From contig CAIQNV010000064.1 in assembly GCA_903873295.1 (NCBI GenBank), positions 29,049-93,048 of the forward strand: a stretch of DNA of 64,000 bases, given 5' to 3'. Each line of letters starts with the position of its first letter. The first letter of the stretch is position 1. The position numbers were made by a program, and so were the translations under genes. Under the pieces are notes generated by a model. That model ran no database searches and was not told the origin of the DNA. It worked only from the letters and a program-made list of their open reading frames with translations. Below, piece after piece: positions 60,561 through 64,000 of the stretch. The stretch comes from an uncultured Elusimicrobia bacterium. GTDB lineage: Bacteria > Elusimicrobiota > Elusimicrobia > Elusimicrobiales > UBA9959.

Positions 60561-62783
60561 CTACTTCCCCGCACGGGCCCGCTTCTGCTCCTCGGTCCAG
60601 AACAGCTCTATCGGCACGTGCAGACCGTGGGTCTCGAAATCCTTGTAGAACTTGGGCGGGTCGCCGGTGGCGGTGAAGTAACCGACCACTTTGCCGTTCT
60701 CGTCCAGGCTGGTCTGGTGGTACTTGAAAATATCGTGGATGGTGATCTGATTTTCCTCGCGGCCCGTTATCTCGGTAATAGCGGTGATCTTGCGGGTACC
60801 GTCGGAAAAGCGGGTAAGCTGCACTATCATGTGCACGGCGGAGGCTATCATCTCGCGCAGGGCCCAGATGGGCAGGTCCGCGCCGGCCATGAGGCACATG
60901 GCCTCCATGCGGGTCAGCGCGTCGCGCGGAGTGTTGGCGTGGATGGTGGCCAGCGAGCCTTCGTGGCCCGTGTTCATGGCCTGCAACATGTCCAGGGCTT
61001 CCGCCGAACGGACCTCGCCGACTATGATGCGGTCGGGGCGCATACGGAGGCAGTTTTTAACCAGGTCCCGGATGCTCACTTCGCCCTTGCCTTCGATGTT
61101 GGGCGGGCGGCTTTCAAGACTCACCCAGTGGTCCTGCTGCAGCCGGAGTTCGGCGGTGTCCTCGACCGTAACGATGCGCTCGTCCTCGGGGATGTAGCTG
61201 GACAACATATTGAGAAAAGTCGTTTTACCGGTGCCGGTGCCGCCGGAGATGATGATGTCCTTGCGCAGCTTTACGCAGGCCCTCAGGAAGTCCACGCCGG
61301 TCTGCGAGATGCTGCCTTTCTTTATAAGCTCGCCGTCGGTGAAGGGCTTGGCGGAAAAACGGCGGATGGTCAGCGTGGGGCCGGAGACGGCCAGCGGCGG
61401 GATGATGCCGTTCACGCGGGAGCCGTCCTTCAGGCGGGCGTCCACCAGCGGCACGGATTCGTCTATGCGCCGGCCCAGCGGGGCCACGATGCGCTTCATC
61501 ACCTGCATTATCTGCTCGTTGCTGCGGAACCTGTACTTGGTCAGGATCAGTTTGCCGGCCTTTTCTATGTACACCTTGTCGAAGGAATTGACCATGATCT
61601 CGGTCACGGACGGGTCGCGCATCAGCTCTTCCAGCGGACCCAGGCCCAGGATCTCGTCGAGCAGCTCGTTGATGAACTTCACCCGCTGCTCGCGGGTGAG
61701 AGGGTTGGCCGTCTCCTTGGCCAGCAGGCCGTTTATGATGCCGTCCACGCGCTTGCGCGTCTCCTGATTTACGGCGGCGTCATCGGAGATCTTCACGCGC
61801 TCGGTCTCCAGCGCGGTGACCACGTTGCGGTGCACCTTCATCTTAAGCTCTTCCCAGAAAGGCGGCACGTCCACCCTGGCCTCGGTGGCCGAGAGCTGGG
61901 ACTGCGCCTGGGGGGTCGGCGCGGCCGCGGGCGCGTCCTTCGCGGTCTGGCGCCAGAGCATGTCGGAGCCATGGGCGAATTCTGCGGCGGGAACGCTCGA
62001 AACCCACTGCTTCTCGGCGGGCTTAAGCTCCGCCAGGCGCCCCAGCAGCACGCGCAGGATGCGCACCCACTGGGTATTGGGCTGCTCGGCGATCAATATC
62101 TTGTTCTGGTTGGCGTAGGCGGGAAGGGCGTCCTCCCAGGGCATGAAAGCCAGGATGTCTTTGCCCATCTGCTTATAGAATTTCTCAACTTCCTTCGGCC
62201 CGACGGCGCCGGGCATGTCGAACAGGTTCGCCACCACCTCGAACTTACTCATCGGGAAGTGCAGTTCGTTTATCTCCCGGAAAATGCCGGCCGTGGCGTT
62301 AAGCGAGGAGACGTTGGAATTTGAAACCCAGAACACCAGGTCCGAAATATCGAAGGCGAAGACCTGCATGGGAAAGTAGGGGTCCACGTCTATAAAAATG
62401 TCGAAATTCTGCGACAGGCGCGAAAGCATGGGCAGTATGATGTCGGGCGACATCTTAGCCACGTCCTGGCGGCGCTTGCTCAGCGGCAGCACCCCGACGC
62501 CCCACTGCGAGATGGGGATCTTACCCTTGAGAAGGGCTCCCAGCGCGCCCACGGATTCCCGCCCCAGCTGGCTGATGATCTCGGCCATGGAAGGCGGGTT
62601 AAGGCCCAGCAGCTGTGCATGCTCCGCGCGGCACATGGGGTCGAGCGGCAATATCAGCACGTTGCGCTTCTGGTAATTGGCCCAGGCCAGGGCCAGATTC
62701 ATTACGACGGAGGTCTTCCCCACGCCCTCTTTAGGGCCGGAGAAAGTTATAACCCGCGGGGCAATATTAAGTTGTTCTTCCAT
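60561..62783 (-). CDS. tadA: Fusion protein: TadZ/CpaE-like ParA/MinD-type domain + TadA/CpaF secretion ATPase, 740 aa
   Basis: The N-terminal ~265 aa resemble a ParA/MinD-like fold: [40 protein letters not shown] (deviant Walker A), ...DIFIDVDP.... After a Pro/Ala/Gln linker comes the CpaF/VirB11-type core: [19 protein letters not shown], Walker [19 protein letters not shown], Walker B/Asp box [14 protein letters not shown], His box [12 protein letters not shown]. Confidence 0.85.
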   Translation of the reverse strand: MEEQLNIAPRVITFSGPKEGVGKTSVVMNLALAWANYQKRNVLILPLDPMCRAEHAQLLGLNPPSMAEIISQLGRESVGALGALLKGKIPISQWGVGVLPLSKRRQDVAKMSPDIILPMLSRLSQNFDIFIDVDPYFPMQVFAFDISDLVFWVSNSNVSSLNATAGIFREINELHFPMSKFEVVANLFDMPGAVGPKEVEKFYKQMGKDILAFMPWEDALPAYANQNKILIAEQPNTQWVRILRVLLGRLAELKPAEKQWVSSVPAAEFAHGSDMLWRQTAKDAPAAAPTPQAQSQLSATEARVDVPPFWEELKMKVHRNVVTALETERVKISDDAAVNQETRKRVDGIINGLLAKETANPLTREQRVKFINELLDEILGLGPLEELMRDPSVTEIMVNSFDKVYIEKAGKLILTKYRFRSNEQIMQVMKRIVAPLGRRIDESVPLVDARLKDGSRVNGIIPPLAVSGPTLTIRRFSAKPFTDGELIKKGSISQTGVDFLRACVKLRKDIIISGGTGTGKTTFLNMLSSYIPEDERIVTVEDTAELRLQQDHWVSLESRPPNIEGKGEVSIRDLVKNCLRMRPDRIIVGEVRSAEALDMLQAMNTGHEGSLATIHANTPRDALTRMEAMCLMAGADLPIWALREMIASAVHMIVQLTRFSDGTRKITAITEITGREENQITIHDIFKYHQTSLDENGKVVGYFTATGDPPKFYKDFETHGLHVPIELFWTEEQKRARAGK

Positions 62784-62808
62784 AGAAATCGGCTCAACGG
62801 CTGCCCGG

Positions 62809-63531
62809 CTACTTTATAATATCGAAAGTCACGAAAAGGAACAGCGAGCTCTGCTCCTCTACGATGTCGGTGGAGCTGAAAAGGGCGCCTATCAGCGGCA
62901 GGCTGCCCAGGATCGGCACGCGTTTCTTTGAAACGTTGCGGTTGCTGCGCTTGAGGCCGCCTATCACCAGCGTTTCGCCGCTCTTCATCTCCACCTCGGT
63001 CATTATCTGCCTGGTTATCATGGACGGGATAGTGGTGCCGGAAACTATGACGGGCTTCGAATAGTCCGGGTTCGAGACCTCCAGCTGTATCTGTACGTCC
63101 ACGGTATCTTTCTTCTCGGCGAGCACCACGGGCAGGACCGTCAGTATCACGCCGAACTTCTTGAACTCGGCGCCGACGCCGGACTGGTTGGCGTAGGGCA
63201 CCGGGATCTCGCCGCCGACGGTGAAATTGGCCTGGGTGCCGCTTTTGGTTATGACTTTCGGATTGGACAGTATCTGCGCCTTGCCCTCCGTCTCCAGCAG
63301 TTTGAGCGTGGCGGTCAGCGCCGTCTTTCGCTCGAAGTCGCCCAGTGTGATTATGCCCCCGATGCTTTTTTCGCTGAAGTCCAGCAGCTCGCCCCAGGAA
63401 AAGCCGCGCGTTTTCTGTATAGAGCCGCTTATCTCCACGATGTCGGCGCTGACGGCCACCATCTGCGTGGACTCGGCGCCCGCGAGAGCGGGCAGGGCCA
63501 GTGCGGCCAGCACAAGGATCAGTTTTTTCAT
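62809..63531 (-). CDS. cpaC: Minimal secretin (CpaC/RcpA-type C-domain only), 240 aa
   Basis: Signal peptide: MKKLILVLAALALPALAGA. The secretin core reads LKLLETEGKAQILSNPKVITKSGTQANFTVGGEIPV...FKKFGVILTVLPVV...TRQIMTEVEMKSGETLVIGGLKRSN...VPILGSLPLIGALFSS...LFLFVTFDII. Only ~50 aa separate the signal peptide from the core. Confidence 0.8.
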   Translation of the reverse strand: MKKLILVLAALALPALAGAESTQMVAVSADIVEISGSIQKTRGFSWGELLDFSEKSIGGIITLGDFERKTALTATLKLLETEGKAQILSNPKVITKSGTQANFTVGGEIPVPYANQSGVGAEFKKFGVILTVLPVVLAEKKDTVDVQIQLEVSNPDYSKPVIVSGTTIPSMITRQIMTEVEMKSGETLVIGGLKRSNRNVSKKRVPILGSLPLIGALFSSTDIVEEQSSLFLFVTFDIIK

Positions 63532-63542
63532 ATTAAATATCC

Positions 63543-64000
63543 TTACTTGATAAGCTGCTTGAAAGAGGCTATCGCCATCGGGTGCAGCTCCACGTCGCCG
63601 AGGCCGCGCACTATCACGTCCACCGTCCCCTGCTTGACGGACAGGGCCAGGTACTGGGCCTCATTGGGATTGAGCGCCAGGCTGAGCGCCGCCTTTTCGG
63701 AGAAGGCCTGATCGGCGGCTTCGGCCGCGGCCTTCGCTTTGGCCTGGGAACCGGAAAGGCCCTGGCCGAGGTTCGAGCCCACGCCCAGCACCAGCACGTT
63801 CTGCAGGATGGTGGCGGTCACTTTTTCCTTGCGGTTGTCCCCCATCACGGCGTCAAAACTCACCAATATGTCCACGCGGTCGCCGGGCTTTATCAGGCGC
63901 AGCAGGTCGCTTTCAAGCGGCAGCACGCAGCCGCGGTAGCCGGGCGGCACCTTCACGCTGAGGCCGGCCTCGGGACTCAGGGACACCAGGGCCGAATTCG
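63543..64000 (-). CDS. cpaB: CpaB/RcpC-like pilus-assembly protein, C-terminal part (gene truncated by window edge)
   Basis: The peptide is ...VKVPPGYRGCVLPLESDLLRLIKPGDRVDILVSF...ATILQNVLVLGVG...LALNPNEAQYLALSVKQGTVDVIVRG, matching the CpaB C-terminal beta-clip/RcpC pattern. The reading frame stays open up to nt 64000, so the GTG at 63986 is probably not the true start. Confidence 0.7.
   Translation of the reverse strand, partial: NSALVSLSPEAGLSVKVPPGYRGCVLPLESDLLRLIKPGDRVDILVSFDAVMGDNRKEKVTATILQNVLVLGVGSNLGQGLSGSQAKAKAAAEAADQAFSEKAALSLALNPNEAQYLALSVKQGTVDVIVRGLGDVELHPMAIASFKQLIK

Noticed and set aside
43708-62324. Long plus-strand ORFs lie opposite real genes: 43708-44736 (342 aa), 45786-47060 (424 aa), 49902-51446 (514 aa), 52439-53452 (337 aa), 56726-57901 (391 aa) and 60507-62324 (605 aa). 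The alternative minus frame 44186-45106 is in the same category.
   Set aside because: Each is antisense to, or frame-shifted within, a CDS with clear family motifs (FtsH, TadG-like, histidine kinase, thioredoxin-fold, TPR, CpaF). The translations are low-complexity and motif-free.
24-64000. I considered whether the block is a horizontally acquired island or mobile element.
   Set aside because: I recognised no integrase, transposase, tRNA attachment site or flanking direct repeats. Base composition looks uniform by eye apart from short AT-rich promoter-like patches. The window ends inside genes, so borders cannot be assessed.

Overview
GC-rich bacterial window (about 60-65% GC by eye, not computed). 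All 22 CDS I can support lie on the minus strand. No rRNA, tRNA, CRISPR array, transposase or integrase was recognised.

**Giant gene.** Positions 24-39209 are one uninterrupted 39,186-nt ORF encoding a 13,061-aa secreted repeat protein. From N to C it has:
- an extended signal/anchor peptide and a ~530-aa non-repetitive head;
- about 60 Ig-like modules, with nested 4-module and 6-module super-repeats;
- about 16 invasin/Big-like units;
- eight copies of an uncharacterised 185-270-aa module carrying a W-D-x-[ND]-x-[ND]-G-x-[FL]-D motif;
- an Asp-rich Ca-binding-like stretch, an FN3 domain, and a C-terminal FlgD-Ig / T9SS-type sorting-like domain.

**Upstream genes, same strand.**
- A secreted HEAT-repeat protein, an S41 peptidase, a membrane protein with a Cys-rich tail, and a short FtsH-family protease.
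- A Tad/Flp-type pilus locus: flp, tadE-like, tadG-like, a TPR protein, tadC, an extended tadB, a TadZ-TadA fusion ATPase, a 240-aa minimal secretin, and cpaB (cut by the window edge). No prepilin peptidase is present in the window.
- An 8.4-kb signalling island that splits the Tad locus: two histidine kinases, four receiver proteins including a pseudo-receiver OmpR-type regulator, a HAMP sensor, and a thioredoxin-fold protein.

**Intergenic DNA.** It carries three families of short repeats, an 0.88-kb structured non-coding gap, several hairpin terminators, and sigma70-like promoter candidates.

**Best candidate for a new system.** A non-canonical Tad machine physically coupled to proteases and to the giant surface protein, together with that protein's uncharacterised C-terminal module family. 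All functional calls come from motif reading only; no database search was possible.
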